A stretch of 61,670 bases of DNA, the filler included. It is 8 parts of 8 records of this genome, joined end to end, with 100 filler letters (N's around TTAATTAATTAA, not from the genome) between each part and the next. Parts side by side here need not be neighbours in the genome. Positions count along the whole stretch, not along the records: positions 1 to 7,725 come from SRR31147125_93766; positions 7,826 to 13,263 come from SRR31147125_93800; 6 more parts are not named here. One strand, written 5' to 3'. Below the pieces are notes generated by a model. The model had not been told where the DNA came from. It did not search any database and was given only the letters and a program-made list of their open reading frames with translations. Of this stretch, positions 1 through 10,878 are shown one piece after another; positions within the stretch are counted from its first letter, which is position 1, and each line of letters begins with the position of its first letter. The translations under genes and the position numbers were made by a program.

Positions 1-418
1 CATGTTTTGTTGTGTCAGGTGGCCTGACATGCCGTTATTATGAAAGTTCTCATGCTCAAAATCGAAGAGCTTTCAAGCTTGACTCGGCATGGTGCGCAGC
101 ATATGGTCTGTCACGGGTGCTGGTTTTCGTGCTGCAAAAGGACCAAAATCATAAGAATAGAACATTTTCGCCCTCTCTTACAAGTCAATATTTTTGATTT
201 TTTTGGGGGGCACTCTTCATCTTCCCACAAAAGTAGTTTATACTTTTTTGGGGGAAGTTCCGGGAAAACTGATCGGTGTCGGAAAGTGTAAAGTACTTTT
301 GAAGAATGCTTTTTTCGCAATGATAATAAATTGACGAAGTCGTTAGGGTCAGCTATGTTCTCCAAGGTGATGCCGGCATGTAAATGACGGTATCTCAATT
401 GATAGACAAGAGGAAAAC

Positions 419-619
419 ATGGCGAAGATCGAAGGGGTAAAGATAAAGAATTTTAGAGCACTTAAAAACCTGTCCCTTGGGCGGTTATGGAATAAACAGG
501 AGGCTAAATCTCTAACTCCCATGACTACGGTTATTGGGAAAAATGGAGTCGGTAAAAGTACGCTGTTTGGTGGGTTTGGTTTTTGGGCAGATTGTGTAAA
601 TTTCTCTAGTTGCACATGA
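419..619 (+). pseudogene. Truncated ABC/AAA_21-type ATPase (N-terminal fragment only)
   Basis: IKNFRAL start and Walker A GKNGVGKST; the frame stops soon after and no Walker B follows. Confidence 0.7.
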
Positions 620-743
620 AGATTTAAGTAATGCAGTTGTGGTGTGAAAAAAGGGAAGTTATGACTCTCGAGGTTTCAATGGAAGTGTTGAAATGTTTTA
701 TTGCGATTTTTGGAAATCCATAAATTGGGATTATTGATCATCT

Positions 744-1166
744 ATGAAAATCAAAACGACATCTTTCGAAGTCTCTGAAACCGATCTCCGCTCCGTCAGG
801 GATATCGTGTTTGGTGAAGAGCAGCAAGTCCCTAAGGATATAGAGTGGGATGGGCTGGATCCGGAGTGCGCCCACGTAATGGCTTATTTCGATGATGGGA
901 GACCCATCGGTACCGGACGCATCACGCCTGGTGGAAAAATCGGTAGGCTGGCGATTCTCAAAGCATATCGGGGAGAAGGAATTGGCGGCAAGTTGTTGGA
1001 GAGGCTGATGGAAATTGCTAAAGAGATGGGGCTGACAGAGATTTATCTTCATGCGCAAGCCCATGCCGAAACCTTCTACACTAAAAGAGGGTTCGTGAGG
1101 ATTGGGGACGAATTTTTTGAAGCCGATATCAGGCATGTGAAAATGGTGCTGGATCTTTCCAAATAG
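744..1166 (+). CDS. GNAT N-acetyltransferase (ElaA/YjcF-like)
   Basis: R..VF.EEQ.VP..IE.D..D, KIGRLA, YRGEGIG acetyl-CoA motif, LHAQ, FY.K.GF. Confidence 0.9.
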   Translation: MKIKTTSFEVSETDLRSVRDIVFGEEQQVPKDIEWDGLDPECAHVMAYFDDGRPIGTGRITPGGKIGRLAILKAYRGEGIGGKLLERLMEIAKEMGLTEIYLHAQAHAETFYTKRGFVRIGDEFFEADIRHVKMVLDLSK

Positions 1167-1174
1167 GATCCAAC

Positions 1175-2140
1175 ATGAACCCTACTCGTCACATGATTCA
1201 ATCGCCTCATCCCCAAATTATTTCGGTATCGCGGCGGACCGATATTCCCGCATTTTACGGCGATTGGTTTTTGGAAAGGGTGAGGGCGGGATTTGTCGGA
1301 TATCTCAATCCCTTTAATCATCGAAAATATCGGGTCTCCCTGAAGCCGGAAGATGTGGCATGTCTGGCTTTCTGGTCGAAAAATTACACCCCTTTCATGA
1401 AAATCCTACCGGAGTTGGATGAAAGGGGCTACAATCTCTATTTTCATTACACCATTACCGGTTTGCCAAAGCTTTTCGAAGCCAATCTCACCCCAACTGA
1501 AAAGGCCGTGGAAAACTTCAAAGCATTGAGTCTTCGGTATTCGCCGAATCAGATCAACTGGCGGTATGATCCCATTGTTTTTTCAAGTGTATCCGATGAT
1601 AACCATCATCTCCAAACCTTTGAAATGCTGGCATCCGCACTTCAGGGATACACAAATCGATGCTACATCAGCCATGTCGACGCCACCTATGCAAAGGTAA
1701 AACGTGCGTTTTCAAATTTTCAAGACGAGAAAGGAGTTGAGATTCTTGATCTTGATATGGATGCTAAGATTGTATTTGCCAATCAACTGGCAGAAATTGC
1801 CGAAACCTATGGGATTGCCGTTTATACCTGCTGCGGTGATTATTTGATCGGCGGCTCGATTCAGCGTGCCCGCTGCATTGATGGGGAGATGATCGAGCGC
1901 CTTTTTTATCCCGAGGGGTTCAAATTTAAAACACTCGGTAGCCGAAAACAGTGCGGGTGCAGCAAAAGTGTGGATATCGGGGTTTATCACAGTTGCCCCC
2001 ATGGATGTATCTATTGTTATGCCAATGTGAATCAAAGCAAAGCCCGGCAAACCCATATCGGGCATGATCCCCAATCCGCTTTTTTGGGATTTTCGAGGGC
2101 GGAGTCGGACGAATGGATCAAAGCATTGTCTGAAATATAG
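1175..2140 (+). CDS. DUF1848 domain protein
   Basis: IISVSRRTDIPAFY, FWSKN, WRYDP, C.C..S.DIG.Y.SC.HGC.YCYAN. Confidence 0.9.
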   Translation: MNPTRHMIQSPHPQIISVSRRTDIPAFYGDWFLERVRAGFVGYLNPFNHRKYRVSLKPEDVACLAFWSKNYTPFMKILPELDERGYNLYFHYTITGLPKLFEANLTPTEKAVENFKALSLRYSPNQINWRYDPIVFSSVSDDNHHLQTFEMLASALQGYTNRCYISHVDATYAKVKRAFSNFQDEKGVEILDLDMDAKIVFANQLAEIAETYGIAVYTCCGDYLIGGSIQRARCIDGEMIERLFYPEGFKFKTLGSRKQCGCSKSVDIGVYHSCPHGCIYCYANVNQSKARQTHIGHDPQSAFLGFSRAESDEWIKALSEI

Positions 2141-2202
2141 AGTGAAAAGATAGATCTAAATTAAAATCAGAATCTCAAATCTATCAAAGAGGCTGCAATC
2201 TG

Positions 2203-2643
2203 ATGATAAAGACCAATAGACAACTCATTCCCAATATCACACTGATTCTGGTCAGTTTTGTGTTTGGAATCGGCGCTTATCTGCTTCACGGACTCTCATG
2301 CCCATATAAAAAAAGTGTCGATGGGGTGAAAATGTCATATGCGCCTGTGGCGTTTATGGACCAATATCATGATCTTCACATGGAAAGTACCGATTGCCTC
2401 GAATGCCATCATGTCTACGAAGAGGGTAAAAATGTTCTTTCCGTAGATGCCTTGGAAAATGGAGAGAGCGAGATTTATTGTGATTCGTGTCACTACCCGG
2501 GCAATGACATGGCCACAGGTAACGCCATGGACACGGAAGAGGCATTTCACGATCTATGTATTGGGTGTCATGAAAGGATTAAGGCTGAAAAACAAATTCA
2601 AGTGCCCATCCTTTGCGGAGAGTGCCACATAAAACAGTTGTGA
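2203..2643 (+). CDS. Membrane-anchored tetrahaem cytochrome c3 family protein
   Basis: N-terminal hydrophobic helix; four CxxCH motifs (CLECH, CDSCH, CIGCH, CGECH). Confidence 0.9.
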   Translation: MIKTNRQLIPNITLILVSFVFGIGAYLLHGLSCPYKKSVDGVKMSYAPVAFMDQYHDLHMESTDCLECHHVYEEGKNVLSVDALENGESEIYCDSCHYPGNDMATGNAMDTEEAFHDLCIGCHERIKAEKQIQVPILCGECHIKQL

Positions 2644-2739
2644 ATGTGAGGATTAACACTCTTAAATTAAAAGAAATATCCAAAATCAATATCGTAAATG
2701 TATATCATGAGAAACAAAATTGTTTAAGGACGTGTCAAT

Positions 2740-3399
2740 ATGGTTAAAGGAAAAAGAAAATCCATCGAAGAAATCAAAGAGACGATTTCATCTTACCATA
2801 ATGTGATGATTGTCGGATGTGGCGGGTGCGTCTCCATCGGTCTCGTAGGAGGGCTGCCGGAAGTAAAGCGATTGTGGTCGGATCTGAAACGTATCTCTAA
2901 AGTTGGAGAGGCGAAAAGAAAAATCGATGGGTTCGTTGTGGAGCGGCAGTGTAATTCATCATTTTTAGCAGATCTTGATGATAAGGTCGCTGATTTCGAT
3001 TGCCTGCTTTCCATGGCATGTGGCGCCGGCGTTCAGTATCTTGCAGAACGGTTTCCCCATATCCCCTGTTTTCCGGCAATAAATACCGTTGGTATTGGAA
3101 TTGATGTAAAAGATACCATTGGCGTTTACGAAGAGCGATGTAGAGCCTGTGGGACGTGTGTGCTCGCTTACACAGGCGGCATCTGTCCGGTGGTCAATTG
3201 TGCAAAAAGCCTTTTTAACGGCCCGTGTGGGGGGACCATGGGGGATGGCGGATGCGAACTTGGAATGGATATGCCCTGCGCATGGTTTGAAATTTATGAG
3301 CGACTCAGTCAGCAGAACAGAGTCGATGATATCATGAAGATTCAACCGATCATGGCATGGGAAAATCAGAAAAAACGCACCATTATCATAGAAAGATAG
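2740..3399 (+). CDS. MetV-like protein (methylene-THF reductase C-terminal/small subunit family)
   Basis: VGCGGC, ERQC, MACGAGVQ, C..CG.C.L..TGGICP...C.KSL.NGPCGG, CAW..IY.RL. Confidence 0.85.
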   Translation: MVKGKRKSIEEIKETISSYHNVMIVGCGGCVSIGLVGGLPEVKRLWSDLKRISKVGEAKRKIDGFVVERQCNSSFLADLDDKVADFDCLLSMACGAGVQYLAERFPHIPCFPAINTVGIGIDVKDTIGVYEERCRACGTCVLAYTGGICPVVNCAKSLFNGPCGGTMGDGGCELGMDMPCAWFEIYERLSQQNRVDDIMKIQPIMAWENQKKRTIIIER

Positions 3400-3463
3400 C
3401 AGGGCATACTCATTTTTCACTGTACACTTTCAGCAACCATTTTTTACTTACAAAGAGATCCTT

Positions 3464-4167
3464 ATGGCTGTCAATATGATGAACTATTTCTATGATCTTG
3501 CAAGGGGGCCTTTTGTCTGGCTGTCGGTTGGGATATTTTTGTTTGGTAGTGCCGGCATGACCATACGCTTTTATCGACTGACCCGACCTTTGAAAAATAA
3601 ATTGAACTTGGCGCCTGTTTCAGTAATATCCGGTGCAATGAAAAGAGAGACTGAAAAAAATTCGATAAACCGGCTCAAGTCATGCAGTGGTTCGGCAATT
3701 CCGTTTGGGCCGACCAACCGGTTCTGATTTCCGTCAGTATTCTGTTTCATCTTTTGTTGTTTATCGTGCCTTTGTTTCTTTTGGCACATAATCATCTTTT
3801 AGAGAGAGCTGTTGGGATTTCGTTGGGGTCGCTGCCGGTCCCCGCTTCTGATTTTCTGACCTCTCTTTTTTTGATCTGCTGCCTATACTTTCTCTCAAGA
3901 CGACTTTTCTTGAAACGGGTACGGGTCATATCGTCCCTGCATGATTATATGATTCTGGCAATCGTCACAATGCCTTTTTTAACCGGATATCTGGCTTACC
4001 ATCAGATGGTGGATTATAAATGGATCATTACGGTCCACATGCTTACTGGAGAAGTGATGCTGGTTGCGGCACCGTTTACGAAAATATTCCATATGTTCTT
4101 CTTTTTTGTGGGTAGATTTTCCCTATTGAATCAACATACCCTGGGACGCGGCTCAAGAACATGGTAA
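3464..4167 (+). CDS. NarI/DsrM/TmcC-like membrane cytochrome b subunit (frameshift at A-run ~3654-3660)
   Basis: ORFs 3464-3727 and 3682-4167 join across an A7 run; TM helices with haem His (LFH, LAH, VHML..E, PFTKIFH). Confidence 0.75.
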
Positions 4168-4197
4168 AAAAAAGATGGACCGGCAATCATAGGGGAT

Positions 4198-4689
4198 TTG
4201 ACAGGGGATCTTGACAAGAAAAGCCGGGGAAAACATTCAGGTTCTAAAGAACGACTGACACAGGGAGTAGTCATTGGGATGAAGATATCTAGAGAGAAGA
4301 CGACTTGCCAAGAAGCGTCCAAGGGGACAGTCAATACCACCCTGCTCAACAAAATGCTTGATGAAAAGCAAGCCAAAATGAAAATATCTTTGCAGGTATG
4401 TGCGCGTTGTACAATTTGTGCCGAAAGCTGTTTTCTCTTCCACCTTCATGATGGCGATCACAATTACATGCCTTCCTACAAGATCATTCAATCAATTGGC
4501 AAGCTCTACAAGAAAAGAGAGAAGATTACCAGATCCGAACTTGAGGACATGGGAAAAATTGTCTGGCGAGACTGTGTGCTATGCACAAGGTGTTATTGTC
4601 CTTTTGGAATCGATATTCCCGAGATGATCGCTTTTGCAAGAAGTATTCTTCGCAGTCAGGGTATTTCCCCGGATTTCACTGAAATTTGA
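4198..4689 (+). CDS. 4Fe-4S dicluster protein (HdrC/DsrK N-terminal-like)
   Basis: CARCTICAESC and CVLCTRCYCPFGIDI motifs; start uncertain. Confidence 0.8.
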   Translation: MTGDLDKKSRGKHSGSKERLTQGVVIGMKISREKTTCQEASKGTVNTTLLNKMLDEKQAKMKISLQVCARCTICAESCFLFHLHDGDHNYMPSYKIIQSIGKLYKKREKITRSELEDMGKIVWRDCVLCTRCYCPFGIDIPEMIAFARSILRSQGISPDFTEI

Positions 4690-4779
4690 TCCGGTCCCTA
4701 TGATGATTTTATGGTGGCGCACCTAGGTGAAGATGGGCATTTTATGAGGCAACATTGAATAAAAACGGAGACATTTCAC

Positions 4780-4826
4780 GCCAAGTTTCTGCAAATGCAT
4801 CATGCGTTTGCAAAAACTTGGCTTTT
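4780..4826. terminator. Long hairpin between convergent genes, probable bidirectional terminator
   Basis: GCCAAGTTT.TGCAAA.GCAT/ATGC.TTTGCA.AAACTTGGC inverted repeat followed by TTTT. Confidence 0.65.
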
Positions 4827-4834
4827 GAAACGAT

Positions 4835-7725
4835 TTAATTTGTGAGTCTCAGCTCTTGCGGCAGTCGATGCAGCTTCACCATCTGGAACTCTTTTAACTC
4901 CATCAAATAGTTCCCCTTCTCATCCACAAGGTCGATATCGAAGGTATCGGTCTCATCATCCGAAGCGGTTTTAGTGGTGATACAGATATAATCGGCATCC
5001 TTTACCCCTCTTTCATAAAACTTCAGACTTTCGATTTTGTAAGGCAGTACCAGTGAGCTTTCCGTCAGGAACTCAAACACCCCGCCGGTCTGGAACATCC
5101 CGTCCAGCAGAATCACATCCGTCAAAAGCTCAGGGCAGGGATCCTGAGTAAAGAACGTGGCCCGGCTGCGATCGGAGATCTGCGTGATCAGCGTTTCTCC
5201 GTCAAAGGAGAGAATGTCGTGGATCGTCTTAAAAATGTCATCCATGAAGAGCCGCTGGGGATGGTAGATCTGTCCGGTGAGGGATTTACCGTTCTCCACC
5301 GGTTTGAAGGTGGGGATCTCGCGCTGCTTTGATTCCGTTACGCTCTTCTCTAAGCTGACGTCCCCATCGGTTTGCGCATTTCCGCTTCCCACCGGCGTGA
5401 TGAGCACATCGCTCTCATAATGGAGCTTGGGATCTCCCATGGCCACACCTGCCGCATTGATGAACTGCGAGGTAATACGGCACTGATACTCACCGGCCTT
5501 CTCCCCTTCACCGGGAAGGGCTGATACGATGATGTCCTTGGGACGATTCTGCAGCAGCTTGATGCCGTACGGAATGGAGAAATTCCTGAGCTCCGTCACC
5601 TTCAAGTCAGGCCTGGGCATGCAGGTATCGCAGGTGTCGCAGACATCGCAGGTATCGTACGTATCCGGGTCGGATTCGGAAGCATCCTTCGCCGTCTTCT
5701 TAGATTGACAACCGTGGGCTGTCTTAAAGCGCGCCGCTGCCATGGCTGCTTCGGCCAGTGTCTCCACACCGGTGGCTCCCAGGAAGATGGGCGTACCTTC
5801 CATGGCGTGATCCAGCAGGAAGCGATCTTTCTCGATGGAGAGATGTCTGGTGAACGCCGTCATGCCGTTTTTACCTTCATCGAGAAATGGCGCCACACTC
5901 AGTACGCCATCCCGGTCAAACGCGTGATCCAGACCGGTGAAGACCATTTCCTGAGTGGCGAGCTCTTCCAGCTCATCCATGAAGAATCGAATACCGGTCT
6001 CCAAGGGCAGGAACTTGAGGCCCCGCTCGGTCAGTACCTTCTGGACCGTCTCCCGGGTGGCCATGCCTGCGCCGCTCCAGGCAGTCCAATCCATAATTTT
6101 ACAGGTGACATCGGGGGTCTGAGCCTGTTCCCGCATCAGGATCTTTGCCAGCATGTCATTGGCCGCCGTGTAGTCGGCCTGACCTTCGTTTCCGAATTTT
6201 GCCGTGACCGAAGAGAAGCCGATATGGAATCGAACCTCTGTTCCGGTATCATTTCCGGCAAGTGCGTCGATAATATTGGCGCAGCCTTTCACTTTGGTGT
6301 TAAAAACCCGTAAAAATGAGTCAAACGCTTTTTTCTCAAAAGGCATACTCTCTTCAAGACCGGCCGCATGGATGACGCCGGTGATGCCTTTTTCATCGAC
6401 ATCTGCAGCGGCAAGGGCTGATTTTACAGCCTTCGCATCTGAAACATCCGCAGCCACATAGACCACGTCCACGCCGTAAGCTTTAAGCGCTTCAATATTT
6501 GCCCGAGACGCCTTGATGGAAAGAATGCCGGCTGCCGCGTTTTTAAGCGCCACCGGTTTGGCTCCGGCCATGCGCTGTTTCAGCTGGGCCATGATAAACG
6601 GCTCGTCCGCAGAGTCGGCCAGGAATGCCTCATCGATATCGTCGATGGAGCTTCGACCCATGATGACGAGATCGGTCTTATACGTTGAAACCATGGCCTT
6701 GAGGATTTCAAAGGTGATGCCCCGAGCACCGCCGGTGACCAGCAGGCGATCTCCCGGCTGGATCAAGGCGCGCCCCTCTTTATCTTTATGACAACAGACA
6801 CTGCGAAGCTGTATCACATATTTTTTGCCGTTGCAGTAGCCGGTTTCCACTCTGGGATCCCTGGAGGTGATCTCATCGATGAACTGCGATACGATTTTTT
6901 CTTTTTCTTCATCACCTAACGTTGAAGATGCCGTATTCCCTTGGGCGCGTGGGAGAGCAAAATCGACGATTTTCACCTGGGTGTCCGGCATCTCTTTGGC
7001 AAGGCTTTTCATCAATCCAGCAATACCCGCAAAACAGGGCTCGATTTTTTGAGATTTTGGGACGTCACCTGCGCCGTCGGCATGGGGGAAGACCACCGAA
7101 TCCATTGATAGGGCCGCAATGAGCTTTTCTTTCTGATTCAAGGCATCGTGGAGGGCTTTCAGCATCAGAAAGAACGACTTCACATGTCCCTCCGAAACCG
7201 CTGCGGTGGCAAGGGCACCCTCCGTTTTCGATGGGGCTTCCACACTCTCGTCGAAACAGAGATCCAGGGGTGCCAGGTGGAGGAACGCATCCGGCATTGG
7301 ACAGGCCGCAGCCATCTTTGATGCGCTCTCCACAGCCGCCTCATCCGTTGAGAAGTCTGCGGCAATGATCGCGTCGCAGAAGTCATAGGTTGCTGCCAAA
7401 TCGACATCGTCGCTGGGTGGGGCAAGGGTGGCGGGATCGGAGACGATACCGGTCACCTTACCGTTTTGCGCTTTGACGGCAGCGGCAATCTTTTGAGCGA
7501 ATCCCGATTGATCCACTGTCATCAACACCATTTTTCCATCAAAGTCGGTATGGTCCGTCAATGGCAGACCGGTTTCTCGAATGGTCGGCACCAGCCGTTT
7601 CATGTCTGCACCGGGATCGACTGTGAGGGGCTTGGGTAGACTCGCTGCAGCGGCTGCCTGAGCGTCGGCAGGGGCTACACCGTCTGTTGGAGTCTTCGCG
7701 CCGGGGCCGTCGGTACCGGTGGGGG
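4835..7725 (-). CDS. PfaA-like iterative PKS/PUFA synthase, C-terminal KR + DH part (5' truncated at contig edge)
   Basis: KR motifs LLVTGGARGIT, VIHAAG, FSS...FGN.GQADY.AAN; DH motifs FLLDH..EG and DGMFQ; frame open to the contig end. Confidence 0.85.
5621..5665 (-). repeat. 5 x 9-bp tandem repeat encoding DTY-DTC-DVC-DTC-DTC
   Basis: gcaggtatc/gcaggtgtc/gcagacatc/gcaggtatc/gtacgtatc on the + strand. Confidence 0.85.
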
Positions 7726-7825
7726 NNNNNNNNNNNNNNNNNNNNNNNNNNNNNNNNNNNNNNNNNNNNTTAATTAATTAANNNNNNNNNNNNNNNNNNN
7801 NNNNNNNNNNNNNNNNNNNNNNNNN
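7726..7825. other. Artificial contig linker
   Basis: N-run with TTAATTAATTAA (stops in all six frames). Confidence 0.99.
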
Positions 7826-7839
7826 ATTAGGAGATTTAA

Positions 7840-8856
7840 ATGGAAGATAAAAAGAAAATAGTTTTTTCCGGCATACAGCCTTCAGGTTCGCCTACTATAG
7901 GGAACTATATAGGAGCTATAAGAAACTATGTAGCACTACAGGAAGAGTACGATTGTTTTTATTCTGTTGTTGATATGCACGCAATAACAGTTCGCCAAAA
8001 TCCTGCTGAACTTCGTAAAAACTCAAGAAATTTAATAGCATTGCTAATAGCTTGCGGAGTAAATCCTGATAAATGTACTTTGTATGTCCAATCACATGTT
8101 AGTGCACATGCTGAATTGTGTTGGATTTTAAATTGTTATACTTACATGGGTGAGTTATCCCGTATGATACAATTTAAAGAAAAATCAAAGGGCAATGAAA
8201 ACAGTGTCATAGCTGGATTGTTAGACTATCCTGTATTGCAGATTGCTGATATCTTATTGTATCAAACTGACTTAGTGCCAATTGGTGCAGACCAAAAACA
8301 ACATCTTGAAATAACACGTGATGTTGCAACAAGGTTTAACAATGCATACTCCCCTACTTTTAAAGTTCCAGAAATTTTAATACCTAAAGTAGGTGCTAGA
8401 GTAATGTCTATTAATGATCCGACAAAAAAAATGAGTAAATCATCAGATGATCCTAACTCATATATATTGATTTTAGATAAGCCGCAAGATATAAAGAAGA
8501 AAATAAAAAGAGCAGTTACAGACTCTGAAAATAGCATTTATTATGATGTTGAGAAAAAACCGGGAGTAAGTAATTTAATTACTATCTATTCAATTATGAC
8601 TGGAAAATCCATAGAAGATAGCGTAAATGAACTTTCAAAATTAGGTGGATATGGTGAATTTAAGGAAACTGTTGCCGATGCAACTATAGCTGCATTAGAA
8701 CCTATACAAAAAAAATATGATGAGTTATCTAGCGATAAGGCATATATAGACAAAGTAATGTATGAAAACGCAATGAAAGCAAGCAAAGTTGCATATAAAA
8801 CATTATCTAAAGTGAAACGAAAAATCGGTTTTACAGAAATGCCAAGACCAAAATAA
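7840..8856 (+). CDS. trpS: Tryptophan--tRNA ligase
   Basis: FSGIQPSG, TIGN (HIGH-like), VPIG.DQ.QH.E, KMSKS. Confidence 0.97.
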   Translation: MEDKKKIVFSGIQPSGSPTIGNYIGAIRNYVALQEEYDCFYSVVDMHAITVRQNPAELRKNSRNLIALLIACGVNPDKCTLYVQSHVSAHAELCWILNCYTYMGELSRMIQFKEKSKGNENSVIAGLLDYPVLQIADILLYQTDLVPIGADQKQHLEITRDVATRFNNAYSPTFKVPEILIPKVGARVMSINDPTKKMSKSSDDPNSYILILDKPQDIKKKIKRAVTDSENSIYYDVEKKPGVSNLITIYSIMTGKSIEDSVNELSKLGGYGEFKETVADATIAALEPIQKKYDELSSDKAYIDKVMYENAMKASKVAYKTLSKVKRKIGFTEMPRPK

Positions 8857-9723
8857 TTATTTGAATGTAATAGCCACTATTTCAGGAGGCATAAATGTCC
8901 TTAGTTTTACGTTGGAATACCCTATTCCTGATGTGATAATTAAGGGCATTTTTTTGTGATAATGAAGTCCGCTTTGCATATTCTTTTTAGGAAAAAACTG
9001 TGCTTCATCTCCTAATACTTCAATGCCGAAAGGTAAAGCCCATTGACCACCGTGAGTATGCCCAGATAGTACTAAATCATATCCTGCCTTTTCAAACAAG
9101 TCAACTTCTGTAGGCCTATGGCATACTAAAAGCCTATAATCACAATCTACTTTATCATCTTGCATTTTAGACAGTGCATTTTTTACTACTGCCCTATTTC
9201 TCTTAAGTTTTACTTTCTTTTTATCATCTTGATAATTTTTAGAAGCCATTGGGTCATCAATACCATCAATGCATATTTTACTTTCTTTATATTGAATAAT
9301 CGTTCTTTGATTTTTTAATGTTTTTATTCCAAATGCATCAAACGCTTCTTCCATATGTATTTGAGCTTCTTGACATGCTTTATAAAAATGATTACCTCTA
9401 ACTGTAATTACCTTTACTTTATTAGCTAATTGTTTTCCTAATGCAACTGCACTTTTAGCATTATCATCATATGCATCTACCATATCACCAGCCATAATCA
9501 CTACATCTGGTTTTTGTAATAATATTGCATCGACCAGTTTTTTATTGTTATCCCCTATCATTCTTCCATGTAGGTCAGATAATAGAACTATTTTAAATCC
9601 TTTAATGTTTTGTGTGCTGTACCCCGAAATTACAAAAGACCTAATCCTTAAGTTTCTGCTGGCAATTACACCGATTATAAAATACGATAGTATTAAAATT
9701 AATAAAAATAAAACGATGTCCAT
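8857..9723 (-). CDS. Membrane-anchored metallophosphoesterase (YkuE-like)
   Basis: SDLH, GDMVD, GNH, CH.P, SGHTHGGQ, PPEI. Confidence 0.9.
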   Translation of the reverse strand: MDIVLFLLILILSYFIIGVIASRNLRIRSFVISGYSTQNIKGFKIVLLSDLHGRMIGDNNKKLVDAILLQKPDVVIMAGDMVDAYDDNAKSAVALGKQLANKVKVITVRGNHFYKACQEAQIHMEEAFDAFGIKTLKNQRTIIQYKESKICIDGIDDPMASKNYQDDKKKVKLKRNRAVVKNALSKMQDDKVDCDYRLLVCHRPTEVDLFEKAGYDLVLSGHTHGGQWALPFGIEVLGDEAQFFPKKNMQSGLHYHKKMPLIITSGIGYSNVKLRTFMPPEIVAITFK

Positions 9724-9744
9724 TAAAATACACTTTCTTTAAAC

Positions 9745-10863
9745 TTAATTTATCAATCTACCAAAAAACTGATAATAGAATGTCTGAATATTACCATTAT
9801 AAAGTTTTCTTTTTCGGTCAGCTTTTCGTTGAAATATGCTTTGAGTCTTCTCATATGATGTAATTACATGACAAGAATAACCTGGTTTTTTTCTATATGA
9901 CTTAGCAAAATCAGAGTAAGTTTTAAAAATAGCGTTTTTATTGCTTAAGCGCTCTCCGTATGGCGGATTAGTAATAATATGTCCACGTTCTCTGTTCAGC
10001 ATCATGTCTTTAACATTTTCTACACGTAAAGATATATCATTTGACACTTTAGCTTTTTTAAGATGCGTTTTTGCCATTGATAAAACTTTTTCATCTATAT
10101 CTGCCCCTGTAATAGGAGGTAATTCACCTCTATATTCTTCATCCCTACATTGTTCTTTAGCACTTTCATATGCTGATTTTGGCCACCATGGGATAGTTTG
10201 GTAGAAAAACTTTCTATTTGCTCCAGGACCAATATTTCTTGCCAGCAATGCAGCTTCTACCAATATAGTCCCAGATCCGCAGAATGGATCATGCAGTGGT
10301 CTGTCAAATTTCCAGCCGCTTAACAATACTAATGATGCTGCTAGGGTTTCGCGCAGTGCAGCATCAGGGTTTAACACTCTGTATCCGCGCATGTGTAATG
10401 GTTTGCCTACTAGGTCAATAGATATGCTAACAACATTTTTATGAATAAGTACATCAACATTGTACTTCGGCTGACCTTGAACAAATCTTACTCTTCGCTT
10501 ATCACAAATGCGTTTAAATATTGCCTTCTGAACAATCGATTGAATAGTTCTTTGTGAAAATAATGCTGAATTCACACTACGAGCTACAACAGCAGCGGAC
10601 ACTCCATCCTCTACAATACGCTCCCATTGAATATCATATGCACCATCAAAAAGCTCATCAAAAGTCATAGCGGTAAAACTACCAACCTGCAATAAAACAC
10701 GACCAGCGGAGCGGAGCATAATGCTCGCTCTGCAGCCGTCTATATGATCGCCTTCAAACATTACTCTAGATGTTGCTACATCTAAAACATTCATACCTAA
10801 TGATTTTAATTCTCTATTTAATACTCCCTCAAGAGAATATCCTGTAGTAGCGATAAATTTCAC
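9745..10863 (-). CDS. THUMP-domain class I SAM RNA methyltransferase (RlmL/YpsC-like)
   Basis: LH.RGYR, A.LRETLAA, DPFCGSGT, NPPYGERL, KLYNG. Confidence 0.92.
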   Translation of the reverse strand: MKFIATTGYSLEGVLNRELKSLGMNVLDVATSRVMFEGDHIDGCRASIMLRSAGRVLLQVGSFTAMTFDELFDGAYDIQWERIVEDGVSAAVVARSVNSALFSQRTIQSIVQKAIFKRICDKRRVRFVQGQPKYNVDVLIHKNVVSISIDLVGKPLHMRGYRVLNPDAALRETLAASLVLLSGWKFDRPLHDPFCGSGTILVEAALLARNIGPGANRKFFYQTIPWWPKSAYESAKEQCRDEEYRGELPPITGADIDEKVLSMAKTHLKKAKVSNDISLRVENVKDMMLNRERGHIITNPPYGERLSNKNAIFKTYSDFAKSYRKKPGYSCHVITSYEKTQSIFQRKADRKRKLYNGNIQTFYYQFFGRLIN

Positions 10864-10878
10864 TTATTTTCCTCAAAT

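Noticed and set aside
111-398. 95-aa minus-strand ORF at the window start
   Set aside because: No recognisable motif, homopolymer-rich, probably non-coding
7726-7825. Recurrent TTAATTAATTAA within N-runs as a biological repeat
   Set aside because: Identical artificial scaffolding linker at all seven joins; genes across linkers must not be treated as neighbours
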